Both the position numbers and the translations under genes were made by a program. A DNA stretch of 56,244 nt, the filler included, from an uncultured virus (IMG/VR IMGVR_UViG_2061766007_002158) (taxonomy: Duplodnaviria; Heunggongvirae; Uroviricota; Caudoviricetes). It is 6 parts of one record of this genome, joined end to end, with 100 filler letters (N's around TTAATTAATTAA, not from the genome) between each part and the next. Parts side by side here need not be neighbours in the genome. Positions count along the whole stretch, not along the records: positions 1 to 5,801 come from IMGVR_UViG_2061766007_002158; positions 5,902 to 28,195 come from IMGVR_UViG_2061766007_002158; 4 more parts are not named here. One strand, given 5' to 3'. The number at the start of each line of letters is the position of its first letter. Position 1 is the first letter of the stretch. Shown piece after piece: positions 1 to 10,802 of this stretch. A model generated the notes under the pieces. The model was not told the DNA's origin and did no database searches. It saw only the letters and a list, made by a program, of their open reading frames with translations.

Positions 1-867
1 CTTACGCCATTGCCTCTGTCGCCGTATCTGAGAGCCGTTTTCGGCTCGGCATACGGGCATTTTTTCGTGACCGGCGCCGGCGCAGGGGACGTATCGGCAA
101 GCGCCGCCGTCACCTTCTGCGCAAGGTCGCCCATGCGTGCGTACATCCAGTCGCCGGGACAGGACTTGTTGCAGAACCAGCGGTGAACGGTCAGCACCAT
201 CTCGTCAGACTTGGGTGAATAATTCAATGTCTTTGCCTTGTCCCCGAACCAGAGCAGCTTCTTTTTGCCGTTTCGCTTGCAGATGTCGGTGCAGAGCTTC
301 ACCAGCGNNNNNNNNNNAGCCGTTACCTTCTGCGCAAGGTCGCCCATGCGTGCATACATCCAGTCACCGGGACAGGATTTGTTGGCGAACCAACGGTGAA
401 CCGTCAGCACCATCTCATCAGACTTCGGTGAATAATTCAAACTCTTAGACTTGTCCCCGAACCAGAGCAGCTTCTTCTTGCCGTTNNNNNNNNNNATCCG
501 GCTTCGGCGAATAGTTTAGCGACTTCGCCTTGTCGCCGAACCAGAGCAGTTTCTTCTTGCCGTTTCGCTTGCAGATGTCGATACATAATTTGATAAGCGT
601 TTCATAGACCACCGGCTTGAAGGCGTAGGGCGGTTTCGGGTCGGATGCGCATTCGATGGTGATCGCTCTCTGGTCGTTGGCGTTCGATGACGAACACCAC
701 GAGCGGTTCTTTTCCGCCACATAAAGCCCGACGGTACCGTCCAGCGCAATGCCGTAGTTGGAAGAAACCTCCCGCGTGCCGGAAAAAATATCGCCGAGCC
801 TTGCAGCTGTCACCTGCCCCACCACGCAATGCGGCGTGATGCGGTCGATACAATGCGTTCTCTGCCC
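1..867 (-). CDS. Endolysin fragments (Amidase_2-type catalytic domain, linker and start of PG-binding domain); three overlapping allelic contig pieces
   Basis: GQRTHCIDRITPHCVVGQ...SSNYGI...RSWCSSSNANDQRAITIECASD and MVLTVHRWF.NKSCPGDW motifs of clostridial phage N-acetylmuramoyl-L-alanine amidases; split by 10-N gaps. Confidence 0.85.
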
Positions 868-1463
868 NNNNNNNNNNNNNNNNNNNNNNNNNNNNNNNNN
901 NNNNNNNNNNNNNNNNNNNNNNNNNNNNNNNNNNNNNNNNNNNNNNNNNNNNNNNNNNNNNNNNNNNNNNNNNNNNNNNNNNNNNNNNNNNNNNNNNNNN
1001 NNNNNNNNNNNNNNNNNNNNNNNNNNNNNNNNNNNNNNNNNNNNNNNNNNNNNNNNNNNNNNNNNNNNNNNNNNNNNNNNNNNNNNNNNNNNNNNNNNNN
1101 NNNNNNNNNNNNNNNNNNNNNNNNNNNNNNNNNNNNNNNNNNNNNNNNNNNNNNNNNNNNNNNNNNNNNNNNNNNNNNNNNNNNNNNNNNNNNNNNNNNN
1201 NNNNNNNNNNNNNNNNNNNNNNNNNNNNNNNNNNNNNNNNNNNNNNNNNNNNNNNNNNNNNNNNNNNNNNNNNNNNNNNNNNNNNNNNNNNNNNNNNNNN
1301 NNNNNNNNNNNNNNNNNNNNNNNNNNNNNNNNNNNNNNNNNNNNNNNNNNNNNNNNNNNNNNNNNNNNNNNNNNNNNNNNNNNNNNNNNNNNNNNNNNNN
1401 NNNNNNNNNNNNNNNNNNNNNNNNNNNNNNNNNNNNNNNNNNNNNNNNNNNNNNNNNNNNNNN

Positions 1464-1590
1464 TTTTTATAATGGGCGGGTACTTCACACCCATCAGCCC
1501 GACATTTTCCAAGATGCTCAGTGCTTCGTTTGTAGCAAGCGCAATGATCACGCCAGTGCGCAGGACACCGTGCAGGCTTGCCATCAGATC
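1464..1590 (-). CDS. Phage holin (holin_4_1 type), C-terminal fragment
   Basis: LRTGVIIALATNEALSILENVGLMGVKYPPIIK, nearly identical to the complete holins at 2187 and 36763. Confidence 0.8.
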
Positions 1591-1609
1591 NNNNNNNNNN
1601 ATTATTTAA

Positions 1610-1999
1610 TTAAAATCTCGCGCCGCTGAAGGTGTAATTATCGAATACGTTGTGCTTACCGACAACATAGGTGTTGGCTATATTGTCGATATAGCCATAC
1701 TCGCGTTCGACGTAGTGCTTGCTGATTCTGCTGGTGCTGCGCTCAACGATCTTGACGTACGTGCGGTCCTTGCCGTAGTTCGTCCAGTCGCGGGCGACGA
1801 TTGTCAATTCGCAGTAGCTGTGAGTGACAGATGCAGCCACGATTGCATTCAGTCTGGCAATAACCTGATCCTTAACGGACTTAGCAGCGTCCTTGAATTC
1901 TGCCCACGCCTTGCGGAGAGCCGCGCTCAGCTTTTCGAAATGTGTTCCGTTTGTCAGTGTTCTGTAGATTTCCCAGGCTCTTGTCATGATGTTTTTCAT
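1610..1999 (-). CDS. Phage accessory protein, 129 aa, with its own promoter downstream of the holin
   Basis: Complete ORF with AAGGAG RBS; N-terminal IMTRAWEI...LRKAWAEFK helical motif common in small phage proteins. Confidence 0.75.
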   Translation of the reverse strand: MKNIMTRAWEIYRTLTNGTHFEKLSAALRKAWAEFKDAAKSVKDQVIARLNAIVAASVTHSYCELTIVARDWTNYGKDRTYVKIVERSTSRISKHYVEREYGYIDNIANTYVVGKHNVFDNYTFSGARF

Positions 2000-2029
2000 T
2001 TTTTTCTCTCCTTCGTTCTTTCTGATTTA

Positions 2030-2122
2030 ATTATATCATAGATTTTGTACAAAGTCAATGTTTAAATACAAAATAATTGCCAGAAAGAGTATAGAAGAAT
2101 CCTATATTATTTTGTACAAAGT
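2030..2122 (-). promoter_or_regulatory. Sigma-A promoter (TTGACT-N17-TATAAT, extended TG) with two ATTTTGTACAAAGT operator-like repeats
   Basis: -35 at 2053-2058, -10 at 2030-2035 on the minus strand; 14-bp repeat containing palindrome TTTGTACAAA at 2042-2055 and 2109-2122. Confidence 0.75.
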
Positions 2123-2130
2123 AACGAAAA

Positions 2131-2190
2131 ATAAAAAAATCAGCTCATGTTTGGATTGTAAATAATCCTCACATGAGCTGATTTTTTTAT
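2131..2190. terminator. Bidirectional Rho-independent terminator after the holin
   Basis: Perfect 20-bp inverted repeat ATAAAAAAATCAGCTCATGT / ACATGAGCTGATTTTTTTAT including A/T tracts. Confidence 0.85.
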
Positions 2191-2603
2191 TTCTGCTGCT
2201 TCCCCTGAAGCTTGTCGATAGCATCTTTTATAATGGGCGGGTACTTCACACCCATCAGCCCGATATTTTCCAAGATGCTCAGTGCTTCGTTTGTAGCAAG
2301 CGCGACTATCGTCCCCGTTCGTAATATGCTGTGCAGCCCTGCCATTAAATCAAGTCGGTAAGCAACCAGCACGATCAGCAGCATAGCCCCCTTGCGACAT
2401 AAGCCTTTGAGTCCCGCATTGCTTTCAAGCGCTCCGGTTTCAGTTTTCGGTGATTTCTTGAATATCCCCGCCACGGTCAACCCTGTAATCCAGTCGGCGG
2501 CCATGAAGAGCAGCAGCGTAATGATTGCGCCGTCCCATTCTCCGACCAGCGCCGCGCCGAATGCGCCCGCCGCTGTGAGAATGGTTGTTTTTTCAAAATT
2601 CAT
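2187..2603 (-). CDS. Phage holin family protein (holin_4_1 / toxin-secretion lysis holin type)
   Basis: MAADWITG...LESNAGLKGLCRKG...NEALSILENIG.MGV.YP signature, transmembrane segments, follows the endolysin 3' end. Confidence 0.9.
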   Translation of the reverse strand: MNFEKTTILTAAGAFGAALVGEWDGAIITLLLFMAADWITGLTVAGIFKKSPKTETGALESNAGLKGLCRKGAMLLIVLVAYRLDLMAGLHSILRTGTIVALATNEALSILENIGLMGVKYPPIIKDAIDKLQGKQQK

Positions 2604-2606
2604 CTT

Positions 2607-2727
2607 CACTTCACCGCCCTTTTCAATTCCGTGCGCGTCTTTGGTCCCGCGATGCCGTCCTGCGTCAGCTTCTGCTTCTTCTGGAAGCGCAGCACCGCCG
2701 CCTTGGTGAGCGGGCCGAAGCTGCCGT
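2607..2727 (-). CDS. Endolysin C-terminus (PG_binding_1-type repeat), fragment
   Basis: GSFGPLTKAAVLRFQKKQKLTQDGIAGPKTRTELKRAVK*. Confidence 0.75.
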
Positions 2728-2737
2728 NNNNNNNNNN

Positions 2738-2853
2738 TCTCTCACCGCCTCGCCCGCACTCGCGGCTTTTGTGCCGTGGGGAAGCGTGCGGATGTCGTCG
2801 CTCAGCTCAGCGACCAGTCCAAGATTTGCCGGTTTGTTTCTATCGATTGCCAT
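2738..2853 (-). CDS. Tail-associated protein, N-terminal fragment
   Basis: MAIDRNKPANLGLVAELSDDIRTLPHGTKAASAGEAVR; GAGGAGG RBS; paralogous to 7769. Confidence 0.55.
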
Positions 2854-2869
2854 GTAGTACCTCCTCGAT

Positions 2870-4375
2870 TTATGTTGTTATAGGCGTAATGGCCGTTGAT
2901 GTGATTACATTGCCAAATCCGTTTTGATATACGACCAACTTGATCATGGAATAATCCAATGTAACCGTGCTATTCGTTCTGTTAAATATAACAACCTGAG
3001 TTTGGTTGTTTCTAACGCTGATTTTGTAAATTGTGTTAGTGGTGTTATCATACATGACAGTCCAACTGGCAAAATCATTTCCGTGCGTACCGGGGGTATC
3101 AAATGTAAGTCGCAAGGCCTGATTTGCCCCGATGGTTTCCCCAGCACAATTCAACGTATAAAACAACATTTTAGGCGGTTGAGTTGTAATAAATGAGTTT
3201 GACACATTTTGGGACGTAGGTATAGAACAGCTTATGCCCTCAACAGTCGACGATGATGTGTTCCCAAAAATCTCAACATTATTATTTTCGTTATATATTT
3301 TTGAAAACGTGCAGTTTGCCATTTTCACAATCCCACGATTATTTTTAATATAGACAGGAGTACCAAAATCCAATGTATCTTCATTATAATTTTCGCCTGC
3401 GCTATGAATTGCAGGCGCGTGCAGGAATTTGCATCCAATCATATTAATATCATAATAATCCGCGCAGTCAAATCCAATATGATATGTGTCAATGACACAG
3501 TTTACAAAAGTTGATGCGTTTCGCATTTTAAAACAAACAGAATCAGAGTATATTGCAAATCTATTTATCCACGGATGGACCGCGTAAAAATACGTGTTAG
3601 ACGCACAGTCAACCCCGATATTATTGTTTTTTACGGTTACATTCTTAATTACATTGTCAGTGCTACTTTGTGAAATATAAATACCTACGGAATTATTAAT
3701 AACAGGCAATCCAGTTTCGCCGGGGAAATATACATTGTTTTTTGGTGCGTAAAAATGGTTATCTATAAAAGAATCACTTAATCTAATATCGCCGATATTC
3801 TGAAAATTGATGTTTTTTTCGGTACAACTATGAACATAAACGTTCGTAATGTTAAGTGTCGGCCCCATTAGAATTGTTATACCATTTTTGGCAAGTGCGT
3901 TTCCGTTAAATATTCCGCCATTAATACATTGCGAGTTTTTCTCTACAGTACGATAAAACGATATCAGATCGTCCATCGCGGCGACGGCTCTTATTTCAGC
4001 ATTTGTGCCAAAATACACAGAATTATAATTTCCATTTAACACAATGGTTTGGGATATATTATACTTGCCGTCCGGAAAATAAATAGTGTCTGTTTTGTTA
4101 GCGTTAAACATCGTCTGAATAGCAGATGTGTCATCTGAAACACCGTCGCCTTTAGCACCGTACATTTTCGGGGTAATATAATTTTTAGCCGCAGAAATAG
4201 TCAATTCGCCGTTGACGGTTTCAATGCTGATATTGTCCCCAGCAGTGAGCATATTCTGCTTTTCATTCAGCGCGGCATTAATTGTCGCTGTGGCGTTGCC
4301 GATTAGCGCCGTAACATAGCCCTTTACTATCGAAAAAATTTTAATAACGCCGGAATCATACGGTGCTTTACTCAT
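2870..4375 (-). CDS. Tailspike-like right-handed parallel beta-helix protein (Pectate_lyase_3 / GH28-like N-terminus)
   Basis: ITPKMYGAKGDGVSDDTSAIQ...TIYFPDGKY motif followed by Asn/Ile-rich beta-helix repeats; visibly AT-rich relative to flanks; GGAGGTGA RBS. Confidence 0.8.
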   Translation of the reverse strand: MSKAPYDSGVIKIFSIVKGYVTALIGNATATINAALNEKQNMLTAGDNISIETVNGELTISAAKNYITPKMYGAKGDGVSDDTSAIQTMFNANKTDTIYFPDGKYNISQTIVLNGNYNSVYFGTNAEIRAVAAMDDLISFYRTVEKNSQCINGGIFNGNALAKNGITILMGPTLNITNVYVHSCTEKNINFQNIGDIRLSDSFIDNHFYAPKNNVYFPGETGLPVINNSVGIYISQSSTDNVIKNVTVKNNNIGVDCASNTYFYAVHPWINRFAIYSDSVCFKMRNASTFVNCVIDTYHIGFDCADYYDINMIGCKFLHAPAIHSAGENYNEDTLDFGTPVYIKNNRGIVKMANCTFSKIYNENNNVEIFGNTSSSTVEGISCSIPTSQNVSNSFITTQPPKMLFYTLNCAGETIGANQALRLTFDTPGTHGNDFASWTVMYDNTTNTIYKISVRNNQTQVVIFNRTNSTVTLDYSMIKLVVYQNGFGNVITSTAITPITT

Positions 4376-4481
4376 CGTCAATCACCTCCGTTTCACCCGT
4401 GTTCAGCTCGATCTCTCCCTCCAGCTTTTCGCGCAGGTATTTCATCATGTCAAAATTGACTACTTCATTTCCTGCTGCCAT
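4368..4481 (-). CDS. Small hypothetical phage protein (37 aa, MAAGNEVVNFDMMKYLREKLEGE...)
   Basis: Fills the space between two tail-region genes; GGAGAG RBS; stop overlaps the next start. Confidence 0.5.
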   Translation of the reverse strand: MAAGNEVVNFDMMKYLREKLEGEIELNTGETEVIDDE

Positions 4482-4485
4482 TCAG

Positions 4486-5705
4486 TCACTCTCCCATCAC
4501 GTATGATTTGAAATCTGCCATAGTGCTCATATTTATCGGCAATACATATTCTCCTGTTGCCTGCTCAAACGCCGATTCAATTTCCGCATCCGTCATCGGC
4601 GCAGGAATGTTTTCTGCTAATGCGTCAGACAACTCCTGTTCTGTCACAATATCCGCGTCATGCGAATTCAAATAAGCTTCAATCGCCGCATCAATAGATT
4701 CTGGAGAGACGCTGCTACCCTCGTCGATTTTTTGAGCGATTTTCTGCCAGTAAAATTCCGGGCGTGTAACCGGCTCTGGCAACTCTCCGGAATACTCGCC
4801 TGCGGCCGCCGCCATAAACATTTCATCTCTTGTTATTGGNNNNNNNNNNAGGCCAAATACATTTCTTCTCGTGTAATCGGTTCCATGTTAAAAATCACTC
4901 TCCCATCACGTATGATTTGAAATCTGCCATAGTGCCAATACTGCTGTCAATAACACGATCGATCGCGTTTCTCAAAGCCGTGTATCCGCTGTCTCTGCGA
5001 ATCTCGCAAAGCCGGTATAATTCTCCGTCGTGCTTTGTGATTGCGACAGGAAGAGAAGAAAAATCATTACTGACACCTAAAATGTAATTGTANNNNNNNN
5101 NNGAAATTTATAAAGTCTTGTATCGTGCCAATCGAATCAGACAATTCCTGTTCATTCACAAAGTCGCTGTCGTGATTATTGATATAATCAGCAATAGCCG
5201 TGTTGATTGCAGCAGGAGATACCGAACCGCCGTTTTCGGCAATTTTTTTCAGATAATATTCCAGACGCGTCTTGGGCTCCGGCAGCTCACCGGAATACTC
5301 ACCGGCGGCTGCGGCCATAAACATTTCTTCTCTTGTTATTGGTTCCATTCAGTCACTCTCCCATCACATATGATTTGANNNNNNNNNNCATCCACTCTTG
5401 TCACCGGATCGGGCAGTTCACCGGAATACTCGCCAGCCGCTGCAGCCATGTATAATTCATCTCTTGTTATTGGTTCCATTCAGTCACTCTCCCATCACGT
5501 AAGATTGAAAATCTGCCATAGTGCCAACACGGATGTCAATGACCCGATCCATCGCGTTTCTCAAAGCTGTGTCGTTATCTCTGCGAATTTCGCAAAGCCG
5601 GTATAAATTTCCGTCGCGTTTTGTGACCGCGACAGGAAGAGAAGCAAAATCATTACTGACACCTAAAATGTAATTGTAGTATTGTTCCTGTCTTGATACG
5701 GCTAT
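4486..5705 (-). CDS. Cluster of small paralogous tail-region genes (MEPITR... and MAVSRQEQYY... families), several allelic fragments
   Basis: Pieces at 4486-4839, 4850-4886, 4895-5092, 5103-5348, 5389-5479 and 5484-5705 share EPITRxE/LPxPxTR motifs and/or the C-terminus TMADFxSYVMGE*. Confidence 0.65.
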
Positions 5706-5845
5706 GATTCATCACGCTCCCTTCTGTGTTTTCAGCCAGTTAACATAACCGACCGCCTTTTCACGAACAGCAGCGGCGATGCACTGCCCCAAAATCTCCT
5801 GNNNNNNNNNNNNNNNNNNNNNNNNNNNNNNNNNNNNNNNNNNNN

Positions 5846-5857
5846 TTAATTAATTAA
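5846..5857. other. Artificial contig-joining spacer TTAATTAATTAA (also 28240-28251, 36672-36683, 54431-54442, 55152-55163)
   Basis: Identical six-frame-stop 12-mer embedded in N runs. Confidence 0.95.
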
Positions 5858-5901
5858 NNNNNNNNNNNNNNNNNNNNNNNNNNNNNNNNNNNNNNNNNNN
5901 N

Positions 5902-6086
5902 TCAGTAAGACAATAATTTGTACTCTTAAAAGAGTCGGGCACATTTGAAAGACTAAACCCATTGACAATAAAATCCGTTGTGACAGCGCCGAATGTTTCG
6001 CAGGACAGCACTCGTGTTGGGTTATAAGCGCCGCCGGCGTTTCTGACCGCCTTGATAAATGTGTTATTAAAGGCGTTAAACCTCTG
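5902..6086 (-). CDS. GH5 domain fragment (allele of 34206-35018)
   Basis: QRFNAFNNTFIKAVRNAGGAYNPTRVLSCETFGAVTTDF nearly identical to the GH5 gene. Confidence 0.75.
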
Positions 6087-6446
6087 NNNNNNNNNNTATA
6101 AGAGCATCCGGGTACTCGGTGTGAATCCGGAGCAGCATATTGGCATACGCGCCACGCCACGTCGCCGTATCGGAGGAAGCAAGCGGCTCATGTCCGTCCC
6201 AGCTGCCGAGCGGGACATTGGCCTGAAAATCATTCAGCCCCATGGCAATCAGAATCATGTCGGGGTCAACGCGGTTGCCCGAAGCGGAATTCCCCGTGTG
6301 CAGCGCCTTGCAACGGCTGTTGTCGACAGCGGGCGTAATGCCGCTGGTCCAGTCTGCGGAAGCGACGGCGCAGCAGCTGGAAGCATAAGCGTCAATGACC
6401 AGAGGCTCTGCCCCGGTAATACTGCAAAGCTGTTTNNNNNNNNNNG

Positions 6447-7148
6447 CCTTCCAAAATTCCTTCGGTCAATTCGATGTGGTGGAAGCAACTTTGCAGAATC
6501 ACTGGTGCAGAGCCTCTTGTGATTGACGCTTACGCTTCGAGCTGCTGCGCTGTCGCTTCGGCAAGCTGGACGAGCAGCATTACCCCCGGCGTTGACGACA
6601 GCAGATGCAGGGCGCTTCACACGGGCAGCACTTCTTCCGGCAACCGCATTGACCCTGACATTATTCTGATCGCAATGGGGCTGAATGATTTTCAGGCCAA
6701 TGTCCCGCTCGGCGCTTGGGACGGACATGAGCCGCTTGCTTCCTCCGATACGGCGACGTGGCGCGGCGCGTATGCCAACATGCTGCTCAAAATACACACG
6801 GAATACCCGGACGCGCTTGTCTTCTGCCTGTCGCCGTGGTTCTTTGTCCGCGGAAACGCTGCTGGGGTCAATGTCAATACCGTTGGAAATACCTATCAGG
6901 ATTATGAGGATGCCATGATGGAAATCTGCGAATTGATGGGCGGTGTTTATGTGGATTCCAACAACTTCGGATTCACACGGCAGAACTATAGCGCACAGAG
7001 TTTTGCTTTTGACGACAATGCTTCTGACGGTTCACTTTTCCACCCGAACGCCACGGGACAGGAAATTTTAGGGCAGTCCATTGCCGCTGCGGTCAGGGAT
7101 AAGGCGGTCGGTTATGTTAACTGGCTGAAAACACAGAAGGGAGTGTGA
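6447..7148 (+). CDS. SGNH/GDSL hydrolase domain of a tail-associated protein, 5' truncated (alleles at 5712-5801, 6097-6435, 7269-7545, 54630-54695)
   Basis: Block III AMGLND and block V DGSLFHPNATG motifs. Confidence 0.85.
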   Translation, partial: PSKIPSVNSMWWKQLCRITGAEPLVIDAYASSCCAVASASWTSSITPGVDDSRCRALHTGSTSSGNRIDPDIILIAMGLNDFQANVPLGAWDGHEPLASSDTATWRGAYANMLLKIHTEYPDALVFCLSPWFFVRGNAAGVNVNTVGNTYQDYEDAMMEICELMGGVYVDSNNFGFTRQNYSAQSFAFDDNASDGSLFHPNATGQEILGQSIAAAVRDKAVGYVNWLKTQKGV

Positions 7149-7551
7149 TGAATCATGGCCGTATCAAGGCAGGAACAATATTACAATTANNNNNNNNNNG
7201 CACAGAGAGGAGTGTGATGAATCATGGCCGTATCAAGGCAGGAACAATATTACAATTANNNNNNNNNNTGTCAATTCCGGCGGAAATACTTACCAGGATT
7301 TTGAGGACGCTTTGAAGGAAGTCTGTGAGCTGATGGGGGGCGTTTTCATTGACGCCAGCAATTTCGGATTTACACGGCAGAATTATGCCGCTCCGAAATT
7401 CGCACTCACCGACAATACTCCTGACGGCTCGATATTCCATCCCAATGCAACGGGACAGGAGATTTTGGGGCAGTGCATCGCCGCTGCGGTCAGGGACAAG
7501 GCGATCGGTTATATCAATTGGCTGAAAGACCAGCAAGGAGTGTGATGTTGA

Positions 7552-7776
7552 ATGCCCCAGATCGCAAGAGAAGAACAGTATTATAATTATCTCCTTGGCG
7601 TAAGCAGTGATTTTAACGCTCTGCCTGTCCCTGTAACGAAATACGACGGCAAACTGTATCGACTTTGCCGCAGCCGCAGAGACAGCGGAAACACACCTGA
7701 AACAAACGCCATAGAGCAGGTTATCAGCAACCGGTTTATCGCAAGCGAAGAAATCACGGAGGTGCTCAATGGTTAA
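7552..7776 (+). CDS. Small tail-region protein (MAVSRQEQ family allele)
   Basis: REEQYYNYLLGVSSDFNALPVPVTKYDGKLYRLC; AAGGAG RBS. Confidence 0.6.
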   Translation: MPQIAREEQYYNYLLGVSSDFNALPVPVTKYDGKLYRLCRSRRDSGNTPETNAIEQVISNRFIASEEITEVLNG

Positions 7777-7982
7777 TTTAAACAAAGGTGCAACGGTGGA
7801 ACTGGTCAGAGCTTTGAGCGACGACATCCGCACGTTGCCGGATGGAACGAAAGCCGCGAGCGCGGGGGCGGCGGTGAGAGAGCCGTTGTTAAAATACAAC
7901 AGCGCTCCATTGCATATATGCAAAATTAACAACAATTCCAGCTATATGGGATTGACATACACTAAAAACGCAGACGGGAGCA
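7769..7982 (+). CDS. Tail-associated protein, N-terminal fragment
   Basis: LSDDIRTLPDGTKAASAGAAVRE...GLTYTKNADGS. Confidence 0.55.
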
Positions 7983-7992
7983 NNNNNNNNNN

Positions 7993-8209
7993 CGGTATTG
8001 CGCCCGAAGGTAATGAGCATTCCGCCCGGCTCCGTGACGGGAGAATGTGCCGCCGAAGCGTCGGCGGCGCTTTCAAAAACGATGTGAACAGGATAAACCC
8101 TGTTGTTGGGCGCGTTATCAAAATCTCCGTTGAAGGGAGCGTTCTGAAAGCGGGAATTGTTGATGATAACGCCGCTGCCGCTGACGGCATTTCCCGTCTG
8201 TTCCCTCAC
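7993..8209 (-). CDS. Fibre knob-like domain fragment (allele of 55914-56244)
   Basis: GDFDNAPNNRVYPVH...AHSPVTEPGGMLITFG. Confidence 0.55.
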
Positions 8210-8219
8210 NNNNNNNNNN

Positions 8220-8381
8220 GGTCTCGAGTTTTTCCTTGAATGCGGCAGTGAAGTCCTCGGTGGAAAGACCCTTGCCGCTGACGGTATCAACCTTACTGGC
8301 AAGGCGAGTGGTCAATTCACCCAAAATATACTGTCCGATAGCTGTCATTGTTGCGTTTGATACATAAGGAATCTGTGACAT
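8220..8381 (-). CDS. Fibre/collar-like protein N-terminus (allele of 52194-52934)
   Basis: MSQIPYVSNATMTAIGQY...KVDTVSGKGLSTEDFTAAFKEKL. Confidence 0.7.
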
Positions 8382-8400
8382 ATTAAAGTCCTCCTAAAAA

Positions 8401-8739
8401 TTAATTATTGTGAAATACGCCGTCAAGAATCTGTTTGACTTCTTCGGCGCTCATTTCCCTGAGTGTTTCGTTCCTGATCTGCCCGGGAAGCTCGTCAGCG
8501 AGCATGGCACGCGTGACGGTTCCGTCGGGAATCCCTTCCCAGAAGTCGGGATTGTCCCCGACGTATTCCTCCATAGCCGCCCCGACGGCTTCGGGGGTAA
8601 TAGATCCTCCCCCTGCGCCGAGACGGTTATAGATCGCGAGCAAAATTTTTTCTTCTCTCGTGACGGGCGTGGGAAGCGCCCCGGTGTATTCGCCCGAAAC
8701 CGCCGAGAGCATCTGCTCGCCCCTTGTGATAGGCTCCAT
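8401..8739 (-). CDS. MEPITR-family small tail-region protein (allele C-terminus at 52955-53124)
   Basis: Complete ORF MEPITRGEQML...LPTPVTREEKIL; AAGGGGG RBS. Confidence 0.7.
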   Translation of the reverse strand: MEPITRGEQMLSAVSGEYTGALPTPVTREEKILLAIYNRLGAGGGSITPEAVGAAMEEYVGDNPDFWEGIPDGTVTRAMLADELPGQIRNETLREMSAEEVKQILDGVFHNN

Positions 8740-8766
8740 TCTTCATTGACCCCCTTTTAATTTGGT

Positions 8767-10726
8767 TTATAACTTTACCTCGACGGATGCAATTTCCCAG
8801 CCGTCGAGTATTTCCCCGCTTGCGGCCGATAAAATGCTTAAACTGCCTTCTGCCGACAACGTGTATTCCCTCATGTCCTCCAGTACGAGCGTGCCGGATG
8901 ATGAGTTGAAGGTCAGGTGCGCGACGCGGGAAATGGCGGCTGTTGCGCCGGTATTGAATAACAGTTCGATGCGGGTGTCGCCGCTTACACTCACAATTGT
9001 AGTCGTGTAGGGGTGAGCCGCCCGTGTGCGCCATCGAATGCGATAAACAGCGTTATTTATAATATTTTGCGTCAGCGGGACATTGCTTCCGACCGTTACT
9101 GTGCCTCCGGAGAATATCTCCGTCCACTTGTCGCGCCCCCCGGCATTCCGCACACCCAACAGAGTTATATTGGTCTGCTGATAATTGGTAGAGACCGGGC
9201 TGCCCTCAGTAAATCCAACAATACCGGCAGTCCCGGATTTAAATTCAAACATCACATCGCTGCTGCCCCCGGTGTACTTAGCATTGACAATTTCCACGGT
9301 CCCCTCTGTGATGTACGGAGCTGTGCTTGTCTCCCCGGCATTAATCCGATCCGACGCGCTGAATGTCCCGCCGTTAACCGTAAGGCTTGTGCAGGGTGAT
9401 GTGATCATTTGTTTGATTGTGGCGTTTTCGGTTATTGTAAGGGAACCGGCTGACAGTTCAATCCGTTCAAAAAGGACATTTCCCTTACAGCTGATACTGA
9501 TACTCATAGACGGCGTGCTAAGTACCAGATTGTTTACCTTGTAATCAGTGCCGGTATTCTTGACAACTATTTCAACCTTGTTCCCCGGCGTGGACATCGC
9601 CGCATACAAGGCCATTTCAATTGTCGGGTAAGGATGCGCGGCGGAGCCTGTCTGATCATCTGTTTTTGGGTAGATATCCCCCTGATTCGTGCGGAATTCA
9701 ATATTGCCGGACAACTCATTTGATACATATATCCTCCGTTTTTCGTTGGGATATGTAAACTGTTGCTCAGGCACGATGTCGGAAGACCATTTCAGATCAG
9801 ATATAAGCCAGTATCTTTTTGTTTTGTCCGGAAGGTCGGGATAGTAATACTGCGAAAGCAGCTTTGCGCCGCTGTCAGTGAAACAAATTGATTCGATCTC
9901 CCCGAGTAAAAACGTGCCGCCAATGACGGCCCCGATGTTCACCCATCTCAGAAAAGCGCCGGAAGCAAATTCATATACCGCCATAGCGTTGGGGTTGGAT
10001 CTCAAAATGTATAAATACTGACCGTCGGTACTCCAGCTTTGACCTACGCGCGGCTGTTCCGTGGGCATTACAATATTTATAGCGCTGTCCCCGGTTTCAA
10101 GATTCCAATAGCAGTTGGCGCCGTCAATAGTGCCGTATGCGTAAACAATCCCGCCGTGGCAGAACACACCGCTCACAATCCATCCGCTGGGGAGCGTAAT
10201 ATCTTCCTCACGCAATATAGACATGTATTCTCCGGGGTCTACAGTAAATCTGTAAACCGTCGTTCCGTCGTCTTTCGGTGTAAATACAACTCCGTCAGCG
10301 TTTACTGCCATAGAGTTTACATGCCCAAAGGAATACTCCTGACTTGCCAGGATGGTTTTTTCGTCGGGGTCATACAGCATGAGAAGCGATTTCTCCGCGT
10401 CGGTCGTTTTGGAGAACCCGATCAGATAGGCCTCTTTCCCGTCATGAACGATACTGATCATTGACTGCGCGGCATAGCCGGATATTTCAGATGCAAATAT
10501 CGGCTTCGGGTAAGCATGGCTATCGACAAACCTTCCGATCTTCCTGCTGATAGCTTCAATCTTTACAATCTGCTCGTCAATCATCAAAAGCTGCTGCATG
10601 GCCTCATCGGCGGCAGCAGTCCTTATTGATTTTTCAACTTCAAGGATAAAAGGCTTTGTGGATATTACGGGGCACGTATTTTCATCTCCCTGATAAATCC
10701 ATATTTCGCACTCATATCTTCCAATT
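8767..10726 (-). CDS. BppU-anchored receptor-binding/baseplate protein with beta-propeller-like region (allele of 29343-31562), 5' truncated
   Basis: GRYECEIWI...ISTKPFILEVEKSI BppU end, then FGHVNS, GQSWSTDGQYLY, LGEIE propeller-like motifs shared with 29343-31562. Confidence 0.75.
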
Positions 10727-10802
10727 NNNNNNNNNNTCAAAGCGGATGATTTCTCCCGCGAAATTCTCATAATAAATGCTGTAAGGCAGTATTTTTTCCA
10801 CA

